Source: an uncultured Chloroflexia bacterium (GTDB lineage Bacteria > Chloroflexota > Dehalococcoidia > Dehalococcoidales > RBG-16-60-22). From it: 64,000 nucleotides of DNA. The notes under the pieces are model-generated. The model was not told the origin of the DNA. It worked only from the letters and a program-made list of their open reading frames with translations, and ran no database searches. This document shows positions 30,532-40,669 of this stretch, one piece after another. Each line of letters begins with the position of its first letter. The stretch's first letter is position 1. The position numbers were made by a program, and so were the translations under genes. The stretch covers positions 1,721,275-1,785,274 of the forward strand of contig CAWCLJ010000004.1 of the NCBI GenBank assembly GCA_963796365.1. Reading direction: 5' to 3'.

Positions 30532-30831
30532 TTATTTGGATGACTTCTTCGCCAGAATATCGCTCTCGCGGAGAATCATCAGTTCTTCATCATCGATCTT
30601 GATTTCCGTGCCCCCGTATTTGGCGTAAATAACCTTATCGCCAACCTTGAGGTCCATCGGTATCCGCTTGCCGGTGTCGTCAAATTTGCCCGGACCGATA
30701 GCTATTATTTCACCCTCCTGGGGTTTTTCTTTAGCCGTATCCGGCAGGTAAATCCCTGATTTCGTCTTTTCTTCCTTCTCGGTGGGTTTTACCAGGACGC
30801 GGTCGCCAAGCGGCTGTAACTTTGATGCCAT
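30532..30831 (-). CDS. groS: co-chaperonin GroES
   Basis: 99 aa. [11 protein letters not shown]...GEIIAIGPG.. pattern, directly upstream of groL. Confidence 0.95.
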   Translation of the reverse strand: MASKLQPLGDRVLVKPTEKEEKTKSGIYLPDTAKEKPQEGEIIAIGPGKFDDTGKRIPMDLKVGDKVIYAKYGGTEIKIDDEELMILRESDILAKKSSK

Positions 30832-30879
30832 ACCTTCCTCCTTTCAATCCTTGTATGAAAATACCTATTTTAACATTAT

Positions 30880-30906
30880 TTAGCACTCTCATGACGAGAG
30901 TGCTAA
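30880..30906. promoter_or_regulatory. CIRCE operator (HrcA binding site)
   Basis: Perfect TTAGCACTC-N9-GAGTGCTAA about 50 nt upstream of groS. Confidence 0.9.
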
Positions 30907-31185
30907 CACAATTATCATACCGCAGTTAGTGTCTATGAGCAAATCATGGTACGGAAATTTACAGCCAGTTATAGTAACTTATCGTTTGATTTCTCTAATT
31001 ATCTACCGTTATCCACGTTATCTTTACCGTAATACTCTCAAAATCGAAATATTTTAAAATTTTCAGGCACTGCTACCATCAGAAGTTTGAAGTTTGCGCC
31101 GGGTTTACGGCGAAAAAGGGGGCCAAAAACCTCTCTGGGAGTTGTTGTGGATATATCCGATAACCGCTCACACTCGCCCTTTAAC

Positions 31186-31295
31186 TGGAGAGTCCGGAGA
31201 GAATTCCCTCTGGCGGTCCTTCCGGTACCGGAAGGACGGGGACGTCACCCAACCACCCCGGGTCACCGTTGATTGAGGGATTTAGGGGGTTGACT
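31186..31295. repeat. GC-rich hairpin element, copy A (diverged)
   Basis: GAGTCCGGAGAGAATTCCCTCTGGCGG... resembles the copies at 38208 and 43850. Confidence 0.5.
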
Positions 31296-31544
31296 AAAAC
31301 TAACGAGAAGAATTTTCTTTTTACTAACTACTAAGGTAATGTGCAAGTATTTATTCGGAGCGGCCTCTCTTACTGACCCTCTCTTCGTTTACCGAAAGAA
31401 GGCAACAGAAAGTGTTGTATCAGCAATATCGGTTGTCTCCCTCCTTGCCAGCGGGGAGGGACGATCGTGGGTGGGGTCAGTTAAAAAAAACTTGCGCACG
31501 TTGTTTACTAAGGTAAAAAATATTGGCTGCCGACAGGTAAAATC

Positions 31545-33293
31545 CTATTCCTCGGCTTGGTCTTTAGCGGGGGCTGCCTCATGGTCTTTGGCAGGGACGA
31601 CCTCGATTTTTTCCTGGTAAACATATTTTCCCCCGCGCATACAGGAGGCGCCGGCCGCTATCAGACACATGGCGATGGAAAACGCGTAGACCACGGTCAG
31701 GCCGTGCTTAAAGGATTGGGATATCAGTTCCGGAAAGAATTTTGTTGAGGTAATGATATCCGCCTGCCCGGCCGGCAGGGCCTGCAGCACACTGGCCGGA
31801 ATGACGGTTTTCAGCGGGTTGCTGCCCAGGTAGGCGGCAAAAAGATAACTCGCCGGCGGAGCGTTGGATACCTGGCTTGCGACGGCCGCGGGTACCGCAT
31901 GTTGTATCAGGCCGTTATATATTATCGAAGGCATGGTCGCGTTTAGGCCGACGGTCATAAGTGTAAAAATAACCGCGGTGGAAAGCGGGCTTCCCACGTT
32001 AAACAGCGTGGAGCGCATACCGGAACCCACACCGCGGTGTTTTTCCGGCAGGCTGTTCATAACCGCGGAGGTATTCGGCGCCATGAACATGCCCATGGAA
32101 ATACCGTCGAGCATGATAATAAGCGCAAACAGGGGATAAGAGAAATTTACCGGCAGGAGTATGAGAAATAGAAAGCTGATAGATGCCCCAATCATCGCTG
32201 CCGTGGCGAAGTAACGCGCCCCGTATTGGTCGGAAAGGCGCCCTGAAAGCGGTCCCGTCAGCAAAACGCCGATACTGGAAGGCAGTGTGAATATACCGGC
32301 CCACAGCGGGGTTACCTCGTAGTTATAGCCGTGCAAAGGCAGCCAGATGCCCTGCAGCCAGATGGACATCATCAGCATTAGCCCGCTCCGCGCTATTGAT
32401 ACCATCAGGCCGGCCAGGTTGCCGGCGGCGAAGGCGCGTATCCGGAAAAGTTCCATCCGGAACATCGGTATGTGAACATGCATTTCGATGAAAACAAATG
32501 CCACCAGCATGGCGGCGCCGCCGATCAACGTACCGATTACCACCGGGTTTCCCCAGCCCATAGCGGCCGTGCCGTACGGTTGGATTCCCAGGTTGATGCC
32601 AACGAGCAATATTGTCAGCCCGGCGGCGAAAGTGGCGTTACCCAGCCAATCGATAGGTTCCTTATGGTGAATGCCGATTTCTTTAAGTTTGAGATAGGCC
32701 CAGATGGTTCCGGCGATGCCGATGGGGATGTTAAAGAGGAACACCCAACGCCAGCCGATCTGGGACAGCAATCCGCCCACCACGATGCCCAGGAACTGCC
32801 CGGTGACCCCTGATATCTGGTTTAACCCGAGCGCCATGCCGCGCTGGTTGGGCGGGAATGCATCCGTAAGAATGGCGGCTGAGTTGGAAAAGAGAAAAGC
32901 TCCGCCGATGCCCTGGACGATACGGAAGGCAATCAGTTCGATGGCCCCGACCGAGGGATGATTATTGAGGATGATGGTACTGGCGGAAAGGATCGAGCCG
33001 AGAGTAAATACGGCAAAACCAAGGTTGTACATGCGGGTACGGCCGAACATATCCCCCAGTCGGCCGAAGGTAACCACCATGACCGCCATTGCCAGGGAAT
33101 ACCCCATCATCAGCCAGAGAAGGAAGATGAAGCTGTCCGGTGCCAGCGGGTCGATGCCGATGCCGCGGAAAACAACCGGCATGGCCAGCATCAGGCTGGC
33201 GCCGTTGACCATTGCCAGCAACATACCCAGCGTGGTGTTGGAAAGAACTATCCACTTGTAATTCTTCCCGTAAGGGTATTCTTCCTGTGTCAC
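31545..33293 (-). CDS. MFS transporter, DHA2 (EmrB/QacA-like, 14 TM)
   Basis: 582 aa, 14 predicted TM helices, GRLGDMFGRTRMY motif. Confidence 0.8.
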   Translation of the reverse strand: MTQEEYPYGKNYKWIVLSNTTLGMLLAMVNGASLMLAMPVVFRGIGIDPLAPDSFIFLLWLMMGYSLAMAVMVVTFGRLGDMFGRTRMYNLGFAVFTLGSILSASTIILNNHPSVGAIELIAFRIVQGIGGAFLFSNSAAILTDAFPPNQRGMALGLNQISGVTGQFLGIVVGGLLSQIGWRWVFLFNIPIGIAGTIWAYLKLKEIGIHHKEPIDWLGNATFAAGLTILLVGINLGIQPYGTAAMGWGNPVVIGTLIGGAAMLVAFVFIEMHVHIPMFRMELFRIRAFAAGNLAGLMVSIARSGLMLMMSIWLQGIWLPLHGYNYEVTPLWAGIFTLPSSIGVLLTGPLSGRLSDQYGARYFATAAMIGASISFLFLILLPVNFSYPLFALIIMLDGISMGMFMAPNTSAVMNSLPEKHRGVGSGMRSTLFNVGSPLSTAVIFTLMTVGLNATMPSIIYNGLIQHAVPAAVASQVSNAPPASYLFAAYLGSNPLKTVIPASVLQALPAGQADIITSTKFFPELISQSFKHGLTVVYAFSIAMCLIAAGASCMRGGKYVYQEKIEVVPAKDHEAAPAKDQAEE

Positions 33294-33646
33294 TTGGCGT
33301 TCCTCTGGGGTTGTTCGCGAGGCATTTTATCAGGCGTGACCATATTCATGAACGAAAGCCGTACCTGGATATTGCGTTAGCTGATAGTTAATGGGAAGAC
33401 AATATTTCCTGATTGTCAGCCGGCTTAAATGCTTTGAAACAAAACCTAACAACAAGAGTATAGGACTTTCAGAAAATCTTTTCAATAACACCGTTTATGC
33501 TTATATCACAATTACGTGAATACCTTATCTTTTTCTTTCGTAAGATTTTCCATAAAGTCAATCTGTTTTTGACCGGGCATTGCGTTAACTGGTAGGATAT
33601 AAAACATACTATAATTAATTTAAGAAGTTTTGGTTCAGGGAGTATC

Positions 33647-34912
33647 TTGGCCTACGAAAAAATTATCCTCGATAATGGGTTGAGACTGGTAACGGAGTGT
33701 ATGCCGCACACCCGCTCCGTGGCGATAAACTTCTTTGTCGGCACCGGTTCCCGTTATGAAACGGCGGAGCACTGCGGCATATCGCATTTCATCGAGCACA
33801 TGTGCTTTAAAGGCACGAAAAAATACCCCACCTCCACCGATGTTTCCACCGTTATCGAGGGGGTAGGGGGGATACTCAACGCCGGGACGGACAAGGAACT
33901 GACCATCTACTGGTGCAAAGTGGCGGACGTGCATTTCCAGAGCGCCCTCGATGTCCTGACGGACATTCTTCTCCATTCCAAATTCGACCCCGCGGAAATC
34001 GAAAAAGAGCGCCAGGTCATTATCGAAGAAATCAACATGTCGCTGGACTCCCCGGCGCAGCGCGTTTCCATGCTTATCGACGAGCTGATGTGGCCGGACC
34101 ACCCGCTGGGGCGGGATATCGCCGGCAGCAAAGAGTCCGTCACGGGCATTTCCCGCAAGATGATGCTCGATTATATGACATCGCAGTACCGGCCGCAGAA
34201 TATCGTCCTCTCCGTGGCCGGGGCTATTGACCGGGCGCAACTGGTGGAAGAAGTGACTAAAGCGACAACTGGCTGGCCAAAAATTTCACGTCCGCTCCTT
34301 TATGCCCCCTTCCATCGCACCGACGGACGCCGCGTACTTATCGAAAGGCGGGAGACGGAACAGACCCAGCTCTGCCTTTCCATGCCGGGGCTTTCCATCG
34401 TCCATCCAGACCGTTTTAAGCTTGATTTGTTGAATGTTATTCTCGGAGAAGGCATGAGCAGCCGCCTTTTCGTTGAGGTGCGTGATAATCTCGGGCTGGC
34501 TTACAGCATCCAGAGCTATGCCGAGCATTTCTTGGATACCGGCGCCATGACGGTATCCGCCGGCGTGGATAATAAGAACCTGGCGGTGGCGGTCAAAGCC
34601 ATCCTCCATGAGCTTGCCTGTCTTAAAGACGGCATTCCGGAAGCGGAACTCACAAAAGCCAAAGAGCTATTTAAGGGCCGTATTTGCCTGCGCATGGAAG
34701 ACAGCCGCAGCGTTTCCGGCTGGATGGGCAGCCAGGAAATCCTGACCAGCCAGATTCTGACCGTCGATGAGGTAATTAGGGTTATCGAATCGATTACCTG
34801 TGAAGACCTGAAAAAAATTGCCAACCAGGTTTTAATTGGTAACGGCCTCCACCTCGCCGCCGTCGGCCCCATTGACCCGGACGGTAACTGGGAAGACCTG
34901 CTGAAACTCTAA
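33647..34912 (+). CDS. M16-family (pitrilysin/insulinase-like) zinc peptidase
   Basis: HFIEHMCFKGT (HxxEH) and downstream Glu. 421 aa. TTG start after AGGGAG. Confidence 0.85.
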   Translation: MAYEKIILDNGLRLVTECMPHTRSVAINFFVGTGSRYETAEHCGISHFIEHMCFKGTKKYPTSTDVSTVIEGVGGILNAGTDKELTIYWCKVADVHFQSALDVLTDILLHSKFDPAEIEKERQVIIEEINMSLDSPAQRVSMLIDELMWPDHPLGRDIAGSKESVTGISRKMMLDYMTSQYRPQNIVLSVAGAIDRAQLVEEVTKATTGWPKISRPLLYAPFHRTDGRRVLIERRETEQTQLCLSMPGLSIVHPDRFKLDLLNVILGEGMSSRLFVEVRDNLGLAYSIQSYAEHFLDTGAMTVSAGVDNKNLAVAVKAILHELACLKDGIPEAELTKAKELFKGRICLRMEDSRSVSGWMGSQEILTSQILTVDEVIRVIESITCEDLKKIANQVLIGNGLHLAAVGPIDPDGNWEDLLKL

Positions 34913-35254
34913 AACATAATATCTAAACTCTAAACAATATCAAATATCCAAATTAAAAATCACCACCCTGCGTCATCCCCGCATACGTGGGAATTAAATA
35001 TTGCCTCAATCTTATGAAAGCCTTATCCGCACTTTCTCTTATTTTACAGTAGAGTGCGTTAGCGAGGGGCACATAGTGCCCTTAATTAAAACCCCCTTTC
35101 AAACAAAGAATCTATGACTGTGTAAAATATCGAGTTTGAGAGGGGTTAGGGGTGAGTAGACATTCTTACTTTATAAACCATGCACCCCGTTCTCTTGTAA
35201 TAAAGTAGGCAAAGTGGGGAGCATGTAATTCAAGGTAAATGCTTTTAATTTAAA

Positions 35255-35572
35255 TTAGTCGGTGGTTTTTATCATTTCCTTCAACCATTCCAGGAATAAT
35301 GCCGCAGATTGTTTATCCCTCATACCGCTAATGGTAATCGTATCCGGTATTACGACCGTTGACATATCCTGGTAACGGAAAGCGAGGGCTCTCGACCCGG
35401 GATTGTAGCCGCAATTTTCAATTACCCGGCTTAAATGCGTCATAAAAGGGGAAATGTCTCCGGATAGTTTAATAATGGCACGCGTTATATAATTGCTGGT
35501 CTGGATGTTTTCACCTAATAAAAATATCTGGTAATTATCCAGAAATGATGTATCCGGTTCAGGTTTATCCAT
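35255..35572 (-). CDS. hypothetical protein (105 aa), co-transcribed with the DUF5714-like gene
   Basis: ATG at 35572 lies 2 nt after the upstream stop. No motif recognised. Confidence 0.45.
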   Translation of the reverse strand: MDKPEPDTSFLDNYQIFLLGENIQTSNYITRAIIKLSGDISPFMTHLSRVIENCGYNPGSRALAFRYQDMSTVVIPDTITISGMRDKQSAALFLEWLKEMIKTTD

Positions 35573-35574
35573 TT

Positions 35575-36276
35575 TCAGTTGTCTTTTTTCCCAAAATAAG
35601 GGCAGTCCTGCAAAATGCATTCTTTGTTGCGCGCCGTATACTGGCATTTTATGTCCTGGTAAGCATTTAGATTAATGTTCATAATCTTATCTAAATACTC
35701 TACCGCCGCTTCCAACCCCCGGCGTAATGACCTTTTGCAGCAGCGGGCCCCTTCATCGACGATTCTATTCAGAACAAAAGCCGTGGCCGCATTAGCCAGC
35801 CCCCTTTGCGGCCCGGTCAGCGGCGTTGCTCCCGTTAGCACGCTGACGGCAATGCCGACACCTATTCCTCCCCCGCACGTCCCGTGAGAGCCGCACCAGC
35901 CCCCGGGAACTTTCGCGCCTCTTTCGATGGCTTTTTCCACTGCGCCTTCCGGCACCGGATAGCCGGCGTTTTTCACTGCTGTTACAATGACCGCCGGTAA
36001 TATGGCGTGATGTTCCGGCCCATGCATTGGTACGGAAGGATGCGCCATGACTTTTTCCAGGATTTCAAAGGGGTCGGTGCCTTTGGTTTTACTTAAAACA
36101 TCTCTCAATACTTCTATCGCCCCGCGGCTGTGGCAGGCATCGCAAACATAATGGCCCGCCGGGCAGTAAATCAGCGCGGGGAATTCCTGGCCGCAGAAAT
36201 CGCACTTTTTTCTGATTTCCTCCGTGCCGTATACGAGCGGCCGACCACAGACCCCGCAATTTTCTTTTTTATCCAT
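35575..36276 (-). CDS. DUF5714-like Cys-rich protein
   Basis: N-terminal CxxC...CxxC...CxxxHxxCxxCH cluster, HGPEHH, PGGWCGSHGTCGGGIG, CCKR motifs. Confidence 0.55.
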   Translation of the reverse strand: MDKKENCGVCGRPLVYGTEEIRKKCDFCGQEFPALIYCPAGHYVCDACHSRGAIEVLRDVLSKTKGTDPFEILEKVMAHPSVPMHGPEHHAILPAVIVTAVKNAGYPVPEGAVEKAIERGAKVPGGWCGSHGTCGGGIGVGIAVSVLTGATPLTGPQRGLANAATAFVLNRIVDEGARCCKRSLRRGLEAAVEYLDKIMNINLNAYQDIKCQYTARNKECILQDCPYFGKKDN

Positions 36277-36317
36277 ATTTCTGTTTCCTGACTTTTATTA
36301 AATATCCGCTTCTATAT

Positions 36318-37496
36318 TTATTTTACTATCACCTTCGGTGACTTTGAAATATAGGACTCATTCAGCTCTATCCCCAGTCCGGGAAGGTCCGGTACTTTAA
36401 ATTTCCCTTTTTCAGGCTGGTAGTCCGGGCTGCAAATTGCCCGGTTACCCGGCTTGATAGAGTTTACATGGTGTTCGTGTATCTGGAAATTGGGAACTAC
36501 CGCTTCCAGTTGGAGCGCCGCTGCCGTTGATATGGGGCTGCCGCAAACATGCGCCTGGACAGTGATGTCGTAAATGCGGGCGAAATCACAGATTTTCTTT
36601 CCTTCCGTTATGCCGCCGACCAGGCAAAGGTCCGGCTGTATCATGTCCAGTAACTACTTTTCAAAATACTGCCGGTACCCCCAGCGGGTATAAAGGCGTT
36701 CGCCGGCCGCCATCGGGATTTTAACATTTTTCGTAAGCTTTTCCTGCAGGCCGGCATTTAAATAGTGGACGCCTTCTTCAAAAAACATGCAATTGAACTC
36801 TTCCAGCGCCCGGCCTATCTGAATGGCGCTGCCGGCGCCTGTGTTGGCATGTAATTCTATCAGGATATCGACGTCATCACCGACCGCCTCCCTGACGGCT
36901 TTAATCCTTTGATGTACCATCCTGACCGTTCCGGGATTGAGAATTTTATTCGCGTCCGGTAACCTTTCTCCTTTTTCATCGAAGGTTGTCGGGTCTACTT
37001 TTATCGCGTCGTACCCTTCCGCTACCGCTTTTTTGGCCGCCCCGGCATATTCCTGTATTTTGCCCAGATGTAAGAACCGGGTTTCATCCCAGCCGAAGTG
37101 TATCTGGCTTGCATAGGTCCTCAAGTTGTCGTTGGTCTTGCCGCCCAACAGCTGATAGACCGGCTGTTTCAGTGCTTTCCCTTTAATGTCCCAGCAGGCG
37201 ATGTCGATGGCGCTCATGCCGCCAAAGACCACCGGACCGCCCCCCTGCGCCCAGAAAGTACTGCGGAACATGGTCTCCCAGAGTTTTTCCGTTTTCATCG
37301 GGTCGGCCCCGATGAGGAAGCTTTCCGCCAGGTTTTTTACATAACCCGCCCCGGCGGTGTGCCCGGTTCCGTAAGCCAACCCGACCTCTCCCAGCCCGCT
37401 GATTCCCTCATCGGTGTTTATGCGGACGATTACAGGGTGGTGCCACGGCATTGAAGGAATGTCAGTATCCCAGATTTCTACAGAGGTAATTTTCAT
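36318..37496 (-). pseudogene. enolase-superfamily (mandelate racemase/muconate lactonizing enzyme-like) gene with in-frame TAG at 36654-36656
   Basis: ...GERLYTRWGYRQYFEK-TAG-LLDMIQPDLCLVGGITEGKKI... is continuous in one frame. N- and C-terminal barrel halves are otherwise intact. Confidence 0.7.
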
Positions 37497-37731
37497 AATG
37501 GCTACTCCCTTCGAAACAATGCAGGTCCCCGGCGGCGTAGGGGAAGAAGTGCGCTTTCAGGATATTATGAGGTCATCATCTTTAAGAACGCAAATCATTT
37601 TGTTTTCCTGTCCCTTCGGCCAGTTAAAATACTCTACCCGTAACTAATCATAATTCCCCAGCCCGTATGGTCTCCGCCGGTAAAAACTCCTTTATATTAA
37701 TATCATCAGGATTTAGTTGAGGAGGTCAAAG

Positions 37732-38190
37732 ATGTTTGAAGTGGTGTATTTTTCACGGACCGGCAATACGAAAAAAGTCGCCGAGGCCATGGCTGCGGAA
37801 CTCGATGTAGAGGCTAAAGATGCCAAAGTCGCCGGCGTTTTACCTAAAGATGCTTTTATTTTTCTCGGCACCGGCTGTTACGGCGCTACCCTGCCGAAAG
37901 AAATTGACGCTTTCATGAAGAAGAACTATTTCCAGGGCAGGATTATCGCTTTGTTCACTACATCCGTTTTCGGCTCGCTGGCCGAACGGAACCTGATAGA
38001 AAAGCAACTTACGGAAAGGGGCGCCATCATCACCCATAATTATAAATGTTTCGGCCGTTTCCTGACGGTGAAAAAAGACCACCCGATGCCGCAGGAACTG
38101 GAGAAAGCCAGGGATTTTGCCCGCACCGTCGCCTTAACGATGTTTCCCGATAGAGCAGAAAGGAAGAAAACACTCGCTTCAAAGCGCTGA
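37732..38190 (+). CDS. flavodoxin-like protein
   Basis: GAGGAGG SD, then ATG. MFEVVYFSRTGNTKKVAE. Paralog of 27804..28262. Confidence 0.7.
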   Translation: MFEVVYFSRTGNTKKVAEAMAAELDVEAKDAKVAGVLPKDAFIFLGTGCYGATLPKEIDAFMKKNYFQGRIIALFTTSVFGSLAERNLIEKQLTERGAIITHNYKCFGRFLTVKKDHPMPQELEKARDFARTVALTMFPDRAERKKTLASKR

Positions 38191-38207
38191 TAAAGAATCT
38201 GAAATAG

Positions 38208-38321
38208 GAGTCCAGAGGAAATTTCCTCTGGCGGGGGCTCCGGGGATGTCCCCCGGCCACTCCTAGTCCCCCTTGAGTGGGGGATTCAGAGCCTGTCCCG
38301 TACTTGATACGGGAGAGTTGA
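38208..38321. repeat. GC-rich hairpin element, copy B
   Basis: GAGTCCAGAGGAAATTTCCTCTGGCGGGGGCTCCGGGGATGTCCCCCGGCCACTCCT... followed by CCCCCTTGAGTGGGGG and CCCGTACTTGATACGGG hairpins. Confidence 0.6.
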
Positions 38322-38407
38322 CTAAATTTTATTAAGAGACTAGTTAAATAATATGAACAGTATCGTAATCTCAAACAATAGAAAATCATATAAGGAGGAA
38401 ACAGGAA

Positions 38408-38554
38408 GTGAAAAACTCTGTAGCTGGGTTTGCCGGAGCTTTCTGGTTTGCCGGGTGGCTGTTCACGATTGGGTTCGCCCATCTGATTTGGTGGAAGATT
38501 ATTCTCGGCATCGTCGTCTGGCCGTTTTTCCTTGGGACGCACATAGCGATGTAA
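38408..38554 (+). CDS. small membrane protein (48 aa, 2 TM)
   Basis: GTG 9 nt after AAGGAGG. VKNSVAGFAGAFWFAGWLFTIGFAHLIWWKIILGIVVWPFFLGTHIAM. Confidence 0.5.
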   Translation: MKNSVAGFAGAFWFAGWLFTIGFAHLIWWKIILGIVVWPFFLGTHIAM

Positions 38555-38625
38555 CGGAAAAAATCAGGGCGGAAAATTATTGTCCCCGGATGTCAGACCT
38601 GATAAGATAGTTTCAAAGAGGTCGT

Positions 38626-39138
38626 ATGCCGGTACTTTCGGAACACGATATCCGCCGATTAATTAAGCAGGAACCGCCGCTCATCGAGGGCTGGATAAAC
38701 CTCGATGAGCAGGTCCAGCCGAATGGCTTTGAACTCACTCTCCGCGATATATCGATGTATCTTACCGTCGGCCAGATAGCCCGGACCAATAAAGAACGGG
38801 TGCTCTCCCAGCTTTCTCCCCCGATGCCTTACGATGAGCAGGGGTTTATCAACCTCGCCGCGGGTGCTTATCTCATCACCTATAACGAAATCGTCAACCT
38901 CCCTAAAAATATCATGGCGCTCGGGCGGCCGCGTTCCAGCGTCTACCGCTGTGGGGTAGGGATAGGGATGGCGGTCTGGGACGCCGGTTACCGCGGGCGC
39001 TCTCAATCCATGTTGGTAGTCCATAATCCCCGAGGGTTCCGCGTGCAGCAAAATGCCCGCATCGCGCAGTTGGTTTTCATGGAAATGACCGGACACTCTA
39101 AAGGTTACAACGGCATTTACCAGGGCGAGAATATCTAG
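38626..39138 (+). CDS. dCTP deaminase/dUTPase-superfamily protein
   Basis: 170 aa. ..VQPNGFELTL.., ..ALGRPRSSVYRCGV.. and ..AGYRGRSQSMLVV.N.. resemble the trimeric dUTPase/dCTP deaminase fold. Confidence 0.5.
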   Translation: MPVLSEHDIRRLIKQEPPLIEGWINLDEQVQPNGFELTLRDISMYLTVGQIARTNKERVLSQLSPPMPYDEQGFINLAAGAYLITYNEIVNLPKNIMALGRPRSSVYRCGVGIGMAVWDAGYRGRSQSMLVVHNPRGFRVQQNARIAQLVFMEMTGHSKGYNGIYQGENI

Positions 39139-39878
39139 ACTTTTTCCGCGTAGAAGAAGACCCGGTACGATTTTTCCGTGGCATCTTCAATTTCCCGTTG
39201 ATCATTAAATGAGTAGGTGCGTATGGGCCTGAATCCGGCATTGCCCAGGGCGGACTTGATATCTTTCATGAGATACCAGGTCTGAAACAGGCTGATATCG
39301 GAACGTTTCCATAACTTTCCTTCAGTCCGGAAAAGCGTTATTTTACTCTCCATGAGTCTCTTTTTCGCTTGATATTTGGGATGCTGGATAAAAAAGTAGC
39401 CGGGTTTTTCCCGATAACTTAAATAGTCTTTCGCTCGTTCGAAATTCTTTTTAAGCGTCATGTCAAAAATGAAAACTCCGCCTTCAATGAGGCAGTTAAA
39501 GACGTTTTTAAATGTCTGCTCCAGTTCCTCCAGGGTCATAATGTGATTGAGGGCATCGAAAGTTGAGAACACAATATCGTATTTGGGAGGCAGCTTAAAA
39601 GCACGGGCGTCTTTTAAAATGAATCTGGCGCACGGCGCGTTTTCTTTAGCGTAGCGCAGCATTTCCGCTGAGCCGTCGATGCCGGTAACTTTGTAACCTT
39701 TTCCGGCCAGTACTTTCGCCAGTTGCCCGGTGCCGCAGCATAAATCGAGAATATTAGCTCTGTCAAAAAGCTTTTCCCCAGCGATTAAACTCAAAGCCGG
39801 GAAAATATTATCGGCGAAAGCGCCCCATTCTTTGTTATATAGCCAGGCAAAAGCGTCGTAATCGTGAAAGCGCTTCAT
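39135..39878 (-). CDS. class I SAM-dependent methyltransferase
   Basis: ILDLCCGTGQLAKVLAGKGYKVTGIDGS (motif I). Tandem paralog of the next gene. Confidence 0.8.
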   Translation of the reverse strand: MKRFHDYDAFAWLYNKEWGAFADNIFPALSLIAGEKLFDRANILDLCCGTGQLAKVLAGKGYKVTGIDGSAEMLRYAKENAPCARFILKDARAFKLPPKYDIVFSTFDALNHIMTLEELEQTFKNVFNCLIEGGVFIFDMTLKKNFERAKDYLSYREKPGYFFIQHPKYQAKKRLMESKITLFRTEGKLWKRSDISLFQTWYLMKDIKSALGNAGFRPIRTYSFNDQREIEDATEKSYRVFFYAEKV

Positions 39879-39879
39879 A

Positions 39880-40629
39880 TTAAATAACCTTCCGCGCCGC
39901 GTAAAAGATTCTCGTGGTATTTTTATTGGCCGGGCTGATGCCCTCCCATCTGTTATAAGCGTACGTCTTGATATCGTTAAAACCGGCTTTCTTAAGGGCG
40001 GAGGTTACGGCTGCTTGAGAATAATACGTTTCATATAACGTTGTATTATAGCGTTCCCATTGTTTTCCCACCTTCCGGAAAAGCACTAGGCGGAACTGCC
40101 CGAGGCGGTGCTGCGGGCTGTATTCCATCTCGGCCGTGTAAAAATAGTCCGGCTTGTCAACAATTTCTTTGACGCCGCTCCAGTGGAGGTCGAATTCTCT
40201 TTTCGTATTTAAATCGAAGATAAAAATCCCATCTTCAAGAAGGCAATCGCTGACGTTCCGGAAAACCTGCCTTAGTTCCGCCAGCCTTAAGATGTGGTTG
40301 AGCGCATCGAAGGTGGAAAATACCGCCTCGTATTTACGGGGAAGCTTGAAAGCCCGCGCGTCTCTTCTTAAAAAACGGGCTTCCGGGGCGTTTTTCCGGG
40401 CATAATAAAGCTGGTCGGCCGAAACATCGATGCCGGTAACTTTGTGGCCGTTCTCGGTGAGGATTTTTGCCAGTTGCCCGGTGCCGCAGCAAAGGTCGAG
40501 CACTTCTGCGCCGTCCGGCAGGTCTTTACCCGCGATTTGCTTTAACATGGGAAAGATATTGTTGCCGAAGTCCGCCCATTCCCGGTTATAAAGCCAGGCG
40601 AAATTATCGTAGTCCGAGCGCGGTTTCAT
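39880..40629 (-). CDS. class I SAM-dependent methyltransferase
   Basis: VLDLCCGTGQLAKILTENGHKVTGIDVS. Same architecture as 39135..39878. Confidence 0.8.
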   Translation of the reverse strand: MKPRSDYDNFAWLYNREWADFGNNIFPMLKQIAGKDLPDGAEVLDLCCGTGQLAKILTENGHKVTGIDVSADQLYYARKNAPEARFLRRDARAFKLPRKYEAVFSTFDALNHILRLAELRQVFRNVSDCLLEDGIFIFDLNTKREFDLHWSGVKEIVDKPDYFYTAEMEYSPQHRLGQFRLVLFRKVGKQWERYNTTLYETYYSQAAVTSALKKAGFNDIKTYAYNRWEGISPANKNTTRIFYAARKVI

Positions 40630-40669
40630 GTATTGAATAGTAGCACAGGAAGGGATTTGTTTAAAGAGG

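Noticed and set aside
33635-34240. 201-aa minus-strand ORF. The ORF 12111..12791(+) is a similar case.
   Set aside because: They are antisense to the well-supported M16 peptidase and SBP genes respectively.
36654-36656. Pyrrolysine decoding of the in-frame TAG in the enolase-superfamily gene.
   Set aside because: There is no pyl gene or methylamine methyltransferase context in the window. groL ends at TAG. A simple nonsense mutation fits the general pseudogene load.
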